From an uncultured Planctomycetaceae bacterium (lineage in GTDB: Bacteria > Planctomycetota > Planctomycetia > Planctomycetales > Planctomycetaceae): a stretch of DNA of 64,000 nucleotides. The position numbers were made by a program, and so were the translations under genes. Positions 12,001-23,391 of the stretch are shown here, piece after piece. The stretch is from the NCBI GenBank assembly GCA_963815195.1, contig CAWFGE010000020.1, positions 96,001 to 160,000 of the forward strand, written 5' to 3'. Each line of letters begins with the position of its first letter. The first letter of the stretch is position 1. The notes under the pieces were generated by a model. That model worked only from the letters and a program-made list of their open reading frames with translations, was not told the DNA's origin and ran no database searches.

Positions 12001-13902
12001 ATGTTTTTCAGGTTCCCGCATCTTCTCCGTCGAGCACGCGCCGCCTACGGCGAAGGCGGACTGGGCGTCGTTCGGCGGCGGTTTCGGCGCTGGCTGGAAC
12101 ACCGCCTGGCTCAGCGGTTTCCCTCAAGGTCTTACAAGCGCTGGATCGCCGGCCATTCCCCCTCGCCCGCCGAACTCCGCCGACAGCGGGATTGGTCGGA
12201 AAGCCTTCCCGATCCGATCCGGATCAGCCTCGTCTGCCCGCTCCATCGAACGCCCGCCGCCATCTTCCAGCAAACGCTCGCAAGCGTACAAAACCAATCC
12301 TATCCGTTTTGGGAGTTGTGTCTGACCCTCGCCGAAGAGGACACGCCCGAACTCAGGGCGGCCGTCCGCGAGGCGGCGGAACGCGATTCGCGAATCCGCG
12401 TGATCGCGCTCGTGGAAAACCGCGGCATCTCGGGAAACACAAACGCCGCCCTCGCCGCCGCCACCGGATCGTGGATTGGATTCCTCGATCACGACGATTT
12501 GCTCGCTCCCCAAGCTCTCTATGCTGTCGCTTACCACCTTACAGAAAATCCGAATTGCGACTTGGTCTATAGTGATGAGGATCTCCTCTCGGCCGGCGGC
12601 AAATTCCGCAAGACGCCGGTGTTGAAGCCGGACTGGTCTCCGGAAATGCTTTTGCACTTCAACTACATCTGCCATTTTGTCGTCGTTCGCAAAACGCTGG
12701 TCGAACAGGCGGGCGGGCTGCGGGCGGAATACGATGGAGCCCAGGATTGGGACTTCTTGTTGCGCGTGACCGAACTCACAGACCGCATCGCCCATCTCCC
12801 GGAAATCCTCTATCACTGGAGAGAGCTCCCCACATCCACCGCGGCCCATGTCGATGCGAAACCCTATGTGATCGAGGCCCAACAGGCGGCACTCAAGGAT
12901 TGCTTCCAGCGGCGGGGAATCGAAGCCGACGTCCAAGCCGCCCGCTATGGGCATTACCGGCCGGAGTGGAGAATCGACGCGGCCCCGCTCGTGTCCATCA
13001 TCATTCCCAGCCGGGACCAGCCTCGGCTCATTCGCCGGGCGGTCGCGGGAATCCTCGACAACACGCGCTATCTCAATACGGAAATCGTGATCGTGGACAA
13101 CGGCAGCACCGACCCCGACGTACTCGGCTATTACCGCGAATGGCAATCCCGCGGGCAGATTCGCGTGGTCGACTTTCCCGTCGCCTTCAATTACTCCGCC
13201 GCGTGCAACCGCGGGGCCGCCGCCGCCCGCGGAGAGTATTTGCTCTTTCTGAATAACGATGTGGAAATCCTCCGCGACGATTGGCTCGACGAACTCGTCG
13301 GCTGGGGCCAACAACCCGGCGTCGGCATGGTCGGCGGACATCTCATCTATCCGGACGGCCGCACGCAACACGCGGGGATCGTGCTGGGATTGTTCGGCCT
13401 CGCGGGGCATGCGTTTTATCAGTCGGAACCGGAAACCTTCAGCCCGTTCGGATTAGCGGAATGGACGCGAAACGTGTCCGCCGTCACCGGGGCCTGCCAA
13501 TTGATCTCCCGCGACCTTTTCGAATCGCTCGGCGGCTTCGACGAGAACTACAAGCTTTTATATAGCGACATCGATCTCTGCCTTAAGGTCAGAAACCGCG
13601 GACGGCGGATCGTCTATACCCCGTATTGCCGATTGGTGCATCACGAATGCTCCACGCGCCCGCCCCGCGAAAACGCCGAGGACGCCCAATACTTTGCCCG
13701 GCAACTGGAAAAGTGGAACGCGGCGGGCGATCCTTATTATCATCCCGCCCTGAGTGCCCATTCGGTCGTGCCCCAACTCGTGACAACCACGGGCTCGAAC
13801 GTGGCGGCCAATCTTGCGGTGCAGATTTCGCGGCATGTGCCCAATATGATTCCCGAAAATGCACAGGCTGACACGTCTTCCCTGCTTCGCCGAGCCGCCT
13901 GA
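12001..13902 (+). CDS. Glycosyltransferase family 2, two GT-A domains
   Basis: FLDHDD, YSDED, GAQDWD; VSIIIP, FNYSAACN, LFLNND, SAVTGAC, DIDLCL. Confidence 0.9.
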   Translation: MFFRFPHLLRRARAAYGEGGLGVVRRRFRRWLEHRLAQRFPSRSYKRWIAGHSPSPAELRRQRDWSESLPDPIRISLVCPLHRTPAAIFQQTLASVQNQSYPFWELCLTLAEEDTPELRAAVREAAERDSRIRVIALVENRGISGNTNAALAAATGSWIGFLDHDDLLAPQALYAVAYHLTENPNCDLVYSDEDLLSAGGKFRKTPVLKPDWSPEMLLHFNYICHFVVVRKTLVEQAGGLRAEYDGAQDWDFLLRVTELTDRIAHLPEILYHWRELPTSTAAHVDAKPYVIEAQQAALKDCFQRRGIEADVQAARYGHYRPEWRIDAAPLVSIIIPSRDQPRLIRRAVAGILDNTRYLNTEIVIVDNGSTDPDVLGYYREWQSRGQIRVVDFPVAFNYSAACNRGAAAARGEYLLFLNNDVEILRDDWLDELVGWGQQPGVGMVGGHLIYPDGRTQHAGIVLGLFGLAGHAFYQSEPETFSPFGLAEWTRNVSAVTGACQLISRDLFESLGGFDENYKLLYSDIDLCLKVRNRGRRIVYTPYCRLVHHECSTRPPRENAEDAQYFARQLEKWNAAGDPYYHPALSAHSVVPQLVTTTGSNVAANLAVQISRHVPNMIPENAQADTSSLLRRAA

Positions 13903-14046
13903 ACACAAAAGGGGACTTGACCAATCTCCGGGGAATCACTACAAGCCAATCGACTCAAATCGTCTGATTTGACTATTCGATAATTTCAGTACCTCCAAAA
14001 AAGCTCAAGAAATTGGTTTGGCTTTCGAGAGCCGCGCACGAAGTAA

Positions 14047-15219
<1,173 letters not shown>

Positions 15220-15269
15220 GACTCGATGACTTCGCGACTGGCCCATAAGCCCAATTGTTCGTCTTTCTG

Positions 15270-15335
15270 AAATGAGCGGCTGGGCGCTAGCCGCCGGCGC
15301 CGCAGCTAAAACCGGCGGCTAGCGCCGGGCGCTCA
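15270..15335. repeat. REP-like inverted doublet, same family as 8503
   Basis: TGAGCGGCTGGGCGCTAGCCGCCGG ... CCGGCGGCTAGCGCCGGGCGCTCA. Confidence 0.72.
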
Positions 15336-15352
15336 ACCAAGGCCCGTTCGGC

Positions 15353-16450
15353 ATGCGGATTCTCTATACGCACGACATATTCGCCCGGCAGTCGATTGGG
15401 GGAATCTCCAGATACTATGTGGAGCTGATCCGCCATCTTTCCGGGCATTCCGTCGAGGTCAACGTGTTCGCGGGATCGCATGCCAACCGCCATCTCCAGG
15501 AATTGGAAGGCCACCGGAATCTCGCCGGGCGATACCAGCCGACACTGAAAAAAGTCAGCCCGTACGCGAGATGGGTCAATCGCTGCCGGGAAAAAAAACA
15601 TGCCGGGACCGCGGCGGGGACCCTGGTGCATCACACCTATTATTCGTTTACGCGCCCGCTATCCGCCGCCCGATATGTGGCGACGGTTCATGATTTAATT
15701 CCAGAGCGGTTTCCCAAGCAGTTCGGCTGGAAGGCTCCCTTGCTTGCCGAAGCCAAACGCCGCACCTGCGCTCAGGCGGAACGCGTGTTGACAATCTCTG
15801 AAACGACGAAGCAAGACCTCGTGGAGATCTATAAGATCCCGCCCGAGCGGATTGATGTAACCTATCTTGGAAACTCTCTGCTTCCATTCGTCGCGGTCTT
15901 CGAATCCCCGCCGCAGGCGGCACCCTATATTTTGTATGTGGGCGCTCGATCGGGCTACAAGAACTGCCGGCTATTGTGGGAAGCCTATGCGCGGTCCGAA
16001 CGGCTAAAACGAGATTTCGAGATCATCTGCTTCGGCGGAGGCGCTTTTTCTCAAGATGAATGCAAATTACTAGAGCAACTAAAAATCGCCGGCCGCGTGA
16101 TTCAAACAGGCGGAAGCGACCGCGAGATTGCCAATCATTACCGCCATGCGCGCGCCTTTGTGTACCCGTCCTTATATGAAGGGTTCGGCATCCCGCCCGT
16201 GGAAGCGATGAGTTTTGGCTGTCCGATTATCGCGTCCTGGGGCGGCTCCATTCCCGAAATCGCAGGGCCGGCGGCGGCTTATATCGATCCCTATGATGCG
16301 GACATGCTCTTGGCGACTTTGGAAAACGCCCTCTATGAGGAATCGCTCCGCAACCGACTTCAAATGGAAATGAAACGCCGGGAGCCTCGATTCCGCTGGG
16401 AAGAGACGGCCCGGCAAACCTTGGCCTCCTACGAAAAAGCCGCCGCCTGA
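15353..16450 (+). CDS. Glycosyltransferase family 4
   Basis: GGISRY, TVHDLIPE, YKN, PSLYEGFGIPPVEAM. Confidence 0.9.
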   Translation: MRILYTHDIFARQSIGGISRYYVELIRHLSGHSVEVNVFAGSHANRHLQELEGHRNLAGRYQPTLKKVSPYARWVNRCREKKHAGTAAGTLVHHTYYSFTRPLSAARYVATVHDLIPERFPKQFGWKAPLLAEAKRRTCAQAERVLTISETTKQDLVEIYKIPPERIDVTYLGNSLLPFVAVFESPPQAAPYILYVGARSGYKNCRLLWEAYARSERLKRDFEIICFGGGAFSQDECKLLEQLKIAGRVIQTGGSDREIANHYRHARAFVYPSLYEGFGIPPVEAMSFGCPIIASWGGSIPEIAGPAAAYIDPYDADMLLATLENALYEESLRNRLQMEMKRREPRFRWEETARQTLASYEKAAA

Positions 16451-16496
16451 GCGACACACAACAACAGAGATTTGCAAGACCGGCATTGATCTATCT

Positions 16497-17830
16497 ATGG
16501 CTAGCTCCGATCAACACGCGACGCGGATCTATTTGGAATGCACGCGAACCTGGAACAGTTCCCTGCATACGGGAATCGAACGCGTCGTGCGAAAAATTGT
16601 CGAGGCGTCGCATGACGCCGGGCGTCAAGTCGGCGTCCAATGCCAGCCGGTGGTCTATCATCCCTTCCGCGGATTCGTGCCGGTTCCATCGTTTTCCGAG
16701 CACGGCCCTATTTCAAAACCGGCTTGGTCCTATCAGTCCCAGATTAGAAAACTCTTAAACGATTGGGGCCTGATGGAGGGCGTGCGAAGATGGCGGCATC
16801 GCCTGCGGCTGAGTGTGTCCGCGATGCAACGGTCCGCGCGCGGGTTGTCGCGAAATCGCCTGCAACTCGGTCCGAACGATGTGCTGCTGTTGTTGGATTC
16901 TTCGTGGCAGATTCCCTATTGGGACGAAGTCGAATCCGCCAAAAAAAACGGCGCTGCCATCGGGGCCGTGGTGTATGATCTGCTGCCGCTCTCTTGCCCG
17001 GGCAGTTTTACGCCGCCACAGATCGACCTGCTTCAAAAGTGGTGGGAAAAGACGACTCTTCATGCGGACTTTATGGCTGCGATTTCCAACAGCGTCTTTG
17101 AAGAGATTAATTCATACCGGGCCCATGCCGACTCCCGGTTAAAGCCCCTATTAGGAGGGGCGTTCCGCTTGGGGGCCGATTTAATGCGTCCTTCGCCCGT
17201 TGATAGAGGCCGGCCGGAGTTGCCCGCCCTTTTTGAAAGTCGTGCTAATCAAAAATCGCTACCGATTTATCTTAGCGTGGGAACGTTTTCGCCGCGGAAG
17301 AATCAAACGCTCATCCTCGATGCCTTTGAAAGTTTGTGGGCCGGGGCGCGAAGGTCGGGCTGGTGTTTGCCGGCGGGAGCGGCTGGCATTCGGAGGCCTT
17401 GATTCGCCGCATCGAAGCCCATGCCGAACTAGAAAAAAGGCTCTTCTGGTTCAGGGACTTGACGGATGTGGAACTCAACGATTGTTATCGCCGGGCGCGT
17501 GGTTTGATCGCCGCATCGCTGGGCGAGGGATTTAACTTGCCGATTGTGGAGGCGCTCAATCAAGGCTGCCCCGTGATCGCCAGCGACCTGCCGGTGCATC
17601 AAGAAGTCGGCGGCGAATTCGCCTGCTACTTCCCTCGAAATGATGCGCAGGCCCTAGCACAGATTGTTCAGAAGCATCTAGAGACCAGCATGCTTCCGGG
17701 AACGCGGCCGATCGATGAGTTCCGCTGGCCGAACTGGAGCGAAAGCTGCGTGGAACTTCTGCAGCTCATCCAATCTGTTACCCGTGTAGGGAATCGTTCC
17801 AAAACTCTGGGGCGTTTATCCGCGGCGTGA
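16497..17830 (+). CDS. Glycosyltransferase family 4; frameshift near 17345
   Basis: TGIERVV, VYDLLP, VGTFSPRKNQ then EGFNLPIVEAL, SDLPVHQEV in a second frame. Confidence 0.85.
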
Positions 17831-17838
17831 ATTAGACC

Positions 17839-19824
17839 CTATTTGGCCCGCGGGTTTTTCAGGTAATAGAGATAGCCGTCCTCCGCTCCCACGACGAGAT
17901 CGGGGATGCCGTTCTTGTCCCAATCGACCACGGTGGGACTGGTCGTATGCCCCGCGAGGGCCTGCGAACTGAGCGGGCCTTTATCGTGAAAGGACACAAG
18001 TCCCTGCCCGGTTGTCCCGATGTTTTTGAGAAAGTGAACGTTCTCGCTGTTCATAAGAAGATCGGGCCGGCCGTCGCCGTCCCAGTCGGCGATGCAGAAT
18101 TTCCGTCGGCCGCTTTTGCCGGCGATGCCGGTGTTCAACCGCAAGAGCCCGGGCGTTTTGTTTTCGGGTTGATGGCGGTTCGCATACGCCGACGGTCCGT
18201 CGCCTTGAAACAGACGCTTCGGGGGCTTGAGCGGATCGCGGCCGCCCGCGCGTTCCCGCGCAAACAGCACCAGATAGCCTTCGTGGTCCAACATGATTAA
18301 ATCGGTGAGGCCGTCTTTGTTATAGTCCATCGCGAAGGGCGTGGTTCGCCATTGCGTTGCGAGTTCACCCGCCTTGGGATTCCACCAATTCCACGCCGGC
18401 TTGGGCGGAGCCTTCGGCCAGGCGACTTCGATCGGCTTCGCCGGGGCGAGCTTTGGCTCCTTGGGGGTGCCGATGTTTTGAAACCACACGATGCGCCCCC
18501 AGATGGAGTTCACCACAAGATCGGGCAAGTGATCGTGGTTCCAATCCGCCACGCTTAACGTGGTATAGCCCCACTTGGCTTCGCAAGGGCCTTGAATGGA
18601 ACCGTTCGGCCCCGCTTGGATGCGGATGGTTTTCCCGCCGGCTTTCAGGTATCGCGGGGCGGCCCATTTGGGGGGATTCTGGCCGTCGAGGTTTTCGATG
18701 AAGCCGATATATCCGGCCGTGTTGCCGCAGATCAGGTCTTCATCGCCGTCGTTGTCCCAATCAAAGCTCACCGGCGTAACGAGCGCCCCGAACTTGACGT
18801 CCGCCGCCTGTTGCTGGAAGTAGCGCGGCGGCAGAAACTGCGGAAGGCCGTTCTCGATCTTGCCCGTATGCTCGATGAACGCGACCCGCCCGTCTTCGTC
18901 GCCGCAGATGAGATCAACGTCCCCGTCCCGGTCCCAATCGACGGCCGTGGGAGTGATCATTTGCAGATCCATATGGAGCGGAACATTGCCATGCGCAAGC
19001 CGCCGGCCCGCCGAGTATTTGGGATCGGTGCGCGTGCCGCGGTTTTCAAAGTAGGTGAAACCGTCCAGGAACTCGCCGCAGATCAGATCCAAATCGCCGT
19101 CCGCATCGAAATCCGCCAGGTTCGGCGAGGGCATTCCATAGACATCCACCGGCTTTCCGTCCGCCAGGATTTTTATCGCGTCTCGATACTTGGGCTTGTC
19201 GTTCGCTCCCGTATTCAGAAGGCAATAGACATAACCGTGCAGCGGGCCGTTGGTCCATTCGCCTTGGTCGTTATAGGCATTGTCCCAACCGTATTCGGTC
19301 CAATCGCCGATGCCGACGATTAAATCCTCGGCACCGTCGCCGTTATAATCCGCGAGCTTCCATTGATTGGCGCGGATTTTTGCTCCGGAATGGATCTTCC
19401 CGCTGACGGGAATGCGGACTTTCGGTCCGAGTCCTTTCTGGCGAATGTCCTGATATTCATAGTTCGGCGTGAGGATGCGGGGCTTGCCGTTGATGTAGGA
19501 CACCTGCACGTTGGGAATCGCCGGGCCGATTCGCACGCCGGGTTTGAACACGGGCATTTTGGATGTGTCCGGCGTGGAACCGGGGTTCTCAAAAAAGTAG
19601 GTGCCGTTGTGGGGCTTGTCGGGGCAGGAGACGACGAGATCGAGGTCGCCGTCCTGGTCGTAGTCCATCGGCACAGGCCAAGCCCAGAGACCCACCCCCA
19701 AATCCACCACGAGCCCCGGATTGTTATAGGCGATCCGTTGAAACTCGTCCGCGTTTGCGCGTGTTTGCTGGATGCAGAGCATCGCGATTGCGAGCAGAGA
19801 TTTGAAGAGGAAACGACGCATCAT
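17839..19824 (-). CDS. Secreted FG-GAP/VCBS repeat beta-propeller protein
   Basis: Signal peptide; repeated DxDxDGDxDL Ca-binding motifs (DYDQDGDLDL, DFDADGDLDL, DWDRDGDVDL, DWDNDGDEDL, DWDGDGRPDL). Confidence 0.88.
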   Translation of the reverse strand: MMRRFLFKSLLAIAMLCIQQTRANADEFQRIAYNNPGLVVDLGVGLWAWPVPMDYDQDGDLDLVVSCPDKPHNGTYFFENPGSTPDTSKMPVFKPGVRIGPAIPNVQVSYINGKPRILTPNYEYQDIRQKGLGPKVRIPVSGKIHSGAKIRANQWKLADYNGDGAEDLIVGIGDWTEYGWDNAYNDQGEWTNGPLHGYVYCLLNTGANDKPKYRDAIKILADGKPVDVYGMPSPNLADFDADGDLDLICGEFLDGFTYFENRGTRTDPKYSAGRRLAHGNVPLHMDLQMITPTAVDWDRDGDVDLICGDEDGRVAFIEHTGKIENGLPQFLPPRYFQQQAADVKFGALVTPVSFDWDNDGDEDLICGNTAGYIGFIENLDGQNPPKWAAPRYLKAGGKTIRIQAGPNGSIQGPCEAKWGYTTLSVADWNHDHLPDLVVNSIWGRIVWFQNIGTPKEPKLAPAKPIEVAWPKAPPKPAWNWWNPKAGELATQWRTTPFAMDYNKDGLTDLIMLDHEGYLVLFARERAGGRDPLKPPKRLFQGDGPSAYANRHQPENKTPGLLRLNTGIAGKSGRRKFCIADWDGDGRPDLLMNSENVHFLKNIGTTGQGLVSFHDKGPLSSQALAGHTTSPTVVDWDKNGIPDLVVGAEDGYLYYLKNPRAK

Positions 19825-20067
19825 ACCGCCTCTGGCTTTTGTTGTTTCTCAAAGGATTGATCTTCACCGATGACCCATCTTAATGAAGGCTGCCTGAGTT
19901 CTCTATCTTCGCAGCGGATTTTTGTTTCCCCTCGATTTGAATGTGCGATGGCTTGAGATTCCTCTAGTCAATCCTGGAAATTCTGTTAAAGTCCCCCCCC
20001 CTCTCTTCTCTCAAATCGCATCGCCCCCCCCCTCACAAAGATCGATAGAATGGAAGGCTTGAGTGTC

Positions 20068-20580
20068 ATGGAGCGACACACGCTTCGCCGCTGCGCGGTT
20101 GTTTTGGGTTTGTTGAGTGCGGCCGTCTGCGCCGGGAGCTCTATTCAGGCCGCGGAGCCGGCGTCTCAGGCGGCGGCGATTCGCTGGCGGCGGGATTTGC
20201 AGTCGGCCCATCGCGAGGCCTTGCGGCTCGATCGGCCGGTGCTGATCGTGTTCGGAGCGGACTGGTGCGGGTTCTGCAAAAAGCTGGAGAAGGAATCGCT
20301 GGGCCACCCGCAGATCGCGGAGTACATCAACCAGACCTTCGTCCCATTGCATTTAGATTTTGACGAAGCCGAGCGCGAGGCGAAGATTCTGAACGTCACG
20401 TCGATTCCTTCCGTGATGGCTTTGACGCCGCGGGCGGAACTGGTCGGCCGCGTCGACGGGTACGTCGCCCCGCGGGAAATGGCCGAGATGCTCACAAAGG
20501 CCGTTGCGCTCAAAACCCGAATCGAGACGGCCCGCACTCCGCAGACGGCTCAAACCACGCCGGCCGCAAATGCCCGCTAA
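20068..20580 (+). CDS. Exported thioredoxin-family protein
   Basis: Signal peptide, FGADWCGFCKKL CxxC, IP cis-Pro region. Confidence 0.85.
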   Translation: MERHTLRRCAVVLGLLSAAVCAGSSIQAAEPASQAAAIRWRRDLQSAHREALRLDRPVLIVFGADWCGFCKKLEKESLGHPQIAEYINQTFVPLHLDFDEAEREAKILNVTSIPSVMALTPRAELVGRVDGYVAPREMAEMLTKAVALKTRIETARTPQTAQTTPAANAR

Positions 20581-20668
20581 AGTCCTGCGAAACGGAGGCA
20601 GAGTTGCTATGATCTCATGCAGCCCGTGACGAAACGAAGTGCCTCTTTTGACAGAATCCCAGGACAGC

Positions 20669-21508
20669 ATGGCTTCCTCCGCGCCCCGAAGAGTTCCGCA
20701 TCTGTGCAGTTTTGAGAGCCGGCGGCATGCGGAGATGCGGCAGATGATCGAAAAGCAAGGCGGCGTCGCGACCGTTGCTCCATCCATGCGGGAAGTTCCG
20801 CTCGAAGACAATCACGCGGCGTTCGAGTTCGCGGACGAACTTTTCGCGGGGCGGGTGGATGTGTTGGTGTTCCTCACGGGCGTGGGAGCGCGGGCGTTAT
20901 TGGAAGTGCTCGAAACCCGCTCTTCGCGCGAGTCGGTGTTCACCGCGTGGGAGAAATGCATCGTCGTGGTCCGCGGTCCGAAGCCGCTCGCGGTCATGCG
21001 GGAATGGAACGTCCGCGTAGACCATCGCGTGCCCGAACCGAACACCTGGCACGAATTGCTTAAGACATTGACGGACAACATCGATCTCGCCGGCAAGACC
21101 GTCGCGGTGCAGGAGTATGGCGAGCCGAATCCCGAACTTTACGACGAGCTACAACGCCGCGGTGCGAAGGTCCTGCCGGTGCCGGTTTATCGCTGGGCGT
21201 TCCCCGAAGACACCGGGCCGCTGTTCGCGGCGATTGACGCCATCATTGCCGGCGAGTTTGACGTGCTCTTGTTTACGAGCGCCCATCAAGTCGCCAACCT
21301 CCTCGAAGCCGCGGAGCAACTCGGCAAGAAAGACGCGTGGATGAACGCGGCCCGGGATTGCGGGATCGCCTCCATCGGCCCGACCGCCAGCGAGAAACTC
21401 CAGTCGGTGGGACTTCCGGTGCATGTCGAAGCCTCGCCGCCCAAGATGGGGCAGTTGGTTCGCGTCGCGGTCGCGGAAGGCAAACGCCGGCTGGGGAATG
21501 CGGATTGA
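20669..21508 (+). CDS. hemD: Uroporphyrinogen-III synthase
   Basis: FLTGVG, RGPKP, VYRW, FTSA, SIGPT; start approximate. Confidence 0.85.
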   Translation: MASSAPRRVPHLCSFESRRHAEMRQMIEKQGGVATVAPSMREVPLEDNHAAFEFADELFAGRVDVLVFLTGVGARALLEVLETRSSRESVFTAWEKCIVVVRGPKPLAVMREWNVRVDHRVPEPNTWHELLKTLTDNIDLAGKTVAVQEYGEPNPELYDELQRRGAKVLPVPVYRWAFPEDTGPLFAAIDAIIAGEFDVLLFTSAHQVANLLEAAEQLGKKDAWMNAARDCGIASIGPTASEKLQSVGLPVHVEASPPKMGQLVRVAVAEGKRRLGNAD

Positions 21509-23214
21509 TTATCCCTCGCCGTTTTCGTCCAGATGCCGATGAAAGGCTCGGCTCACGCAGCCGTCATGGGCCTGGGCGACCGTCGCGGTAAAGTCGGCCA
21601 GATAGCCTCGATGAAACCGCGGGGCCGGCGGTTGCCAGTCGGCCTTGCGGCGATTGAGTTCCTGTTCTTCCACATGCAATGTGAGTTCGCCTTCGAGCAG
21701 GTCGAAAGAAATCTCGTCGCCGTCTTGGACAAACGCAATCGGCCCGCCGACCGCCGCTTCGGGCGAGCAGTGGACGCCGATGGCCCCGTGCGAAACGCCG
21801 GACACGCGGGTGTCCGAAAGAAACGCCACCTTGCCGTTTAATTCAGGAACGGCAAGCGCCGCGGTCGCGACGAGGACTTCGGGCATGCCCGCGGCGGCCG
21901 GTCCCAGGTTCCGGAGCACGATCACGCTGCCCGGGGCGATTTGCCGCTGTTCGACGGCTTCGACGATTTTGCGGGCGTCATCAAAACACGCCGCCGGTCC
22001 GCGAAAACTCGTCGCCTTCATGCTCGAGACCTTAAACACAATCCCCCGGGCGCCAGGTTTCCGAAGCAGATCTGCATGTCGGCGTAATCTTTGAACGGAG
22101 CCTGCACCGGGGCGATGAGTTCCTGCTCTTCCGGCACGTCCGGAACATCTTGGAAATTCTCTTCCAGAGTCTGACCCGTCACCGTCATGCACGAGCCGTC
22201 CAATACACCCGCTTTGAAGAGATGCTTGAGCAGCAGCGGCGTGCCGCCCAGGTGATGCAGATCGACCATCGTCTGTTTGCCGCGCGGCGCGAAATTGCAA
22301 TACACCGGCGTCTCGCGGACGATGGCTTGAATATCCTTGAGGCTGAACGGCACGCCGGCTTCCCGCGCGAGCGCCAACAGATGCAAAATGCCGTTCGTCG
22401 AACCGCCGATCGCGGCGATCGTGGCGGCGGCGTTTTTGAACGCGGCCCGCGTCAAAATGTCCCGCGGGCGGAGATCGTCGGCCAGGAGTTTCTTTAGCGC
22501 AGCCCCGACGTTTTTGCACTCGGCGGCTTTTTCGGGAGCAATCGCCGGGATGGAACTGCTGTAAGGCAGCATCAGCCCCAAGGCTTCCAGCGCGATGCCC
22601 CAGGTGTTGAACGAGGCCGCGATCCCGCAGCCGCCCGGACCCGGGCAGGCCTTGTGCAAAATGGCGTCGGCGTCCTCGGCGGACATCGCGCCCACGGACG
22701 CCGCGGCTTGCGAATCGTACACGTCGAGAATCGTGATGTCCTTGTTCTGATAGCAGCCGGGCATGATGCTCCCGCCGCTGACGATCAGACCGGGATAGTT
22801 GAGCCGCGCGAGAGCCATCGCAAAACCGGGGCCGTTCTTGTCGCAGTTGTGCAGGCCCACCAACGCGTCGTAGCAGTGGGCGCTGACCACGCACTCGGCG
22901 GCGTTGGCGATCATGTTCCGCGAGGGCAGGCTCGCGTTGCCGCCTTCGTGGCCTTGCGTGATGTTGTCGCTCACGCCGGGCGTGCCGAAGGGAAACCCGA
23001 TCAAGCCCGCGTCCCGGCAGCCCTCGGCGATCTGCTGGCCCAGTTGATACGCGTGCACATTGCACAAGTTGCCCTCCAACAGCGGCACGCCGATGCCCAC
23101 TTGCGGCCGGTCGAAGTCTTCATCGGACAGCCCCAAGCCGTAGTAAAACGCCGTCACGCCCCGCTGCCAGCCGCGTGTCAATTGCCGGCTGTTCCAGTTG
23201 AGTGGCTTGCTCAT
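21509..23214 (-). CDS. ilvD: Dihydroxy-acid dehydratase (IlvD/Edd family); frameshift near 22045
   Basis: CN, SLPSR, CDKN, PGPGGCG, GGSTN, GNLAP then GMPE, SDTRVSG, HCSPEAAVGGPI. Confidence 0.85.
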
Positions 23215-23391
23215 AAATCTGTGCTCGTTTTCTTTAGATGAGGGAAAGCGACGGCCCATTTGACCGGATCCCGCCCCGGTTGTGCAAGTCTTTCACCAAA
23301 GGGTAGAAGCGCACACCGAAAGAAAAAGATGAGTTTCGCGGACGGACTCGCCCGGCGAAACTCATCTGGGAAAACAACGGCCGCGAAGCGC

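Noticed and set aside
21509..23214. Programmed ribosomal frameshifting in ilvD, trpE, cdsA and others
   Set aside because: No shared slippery heptamer or precedent; better explained by assembly error
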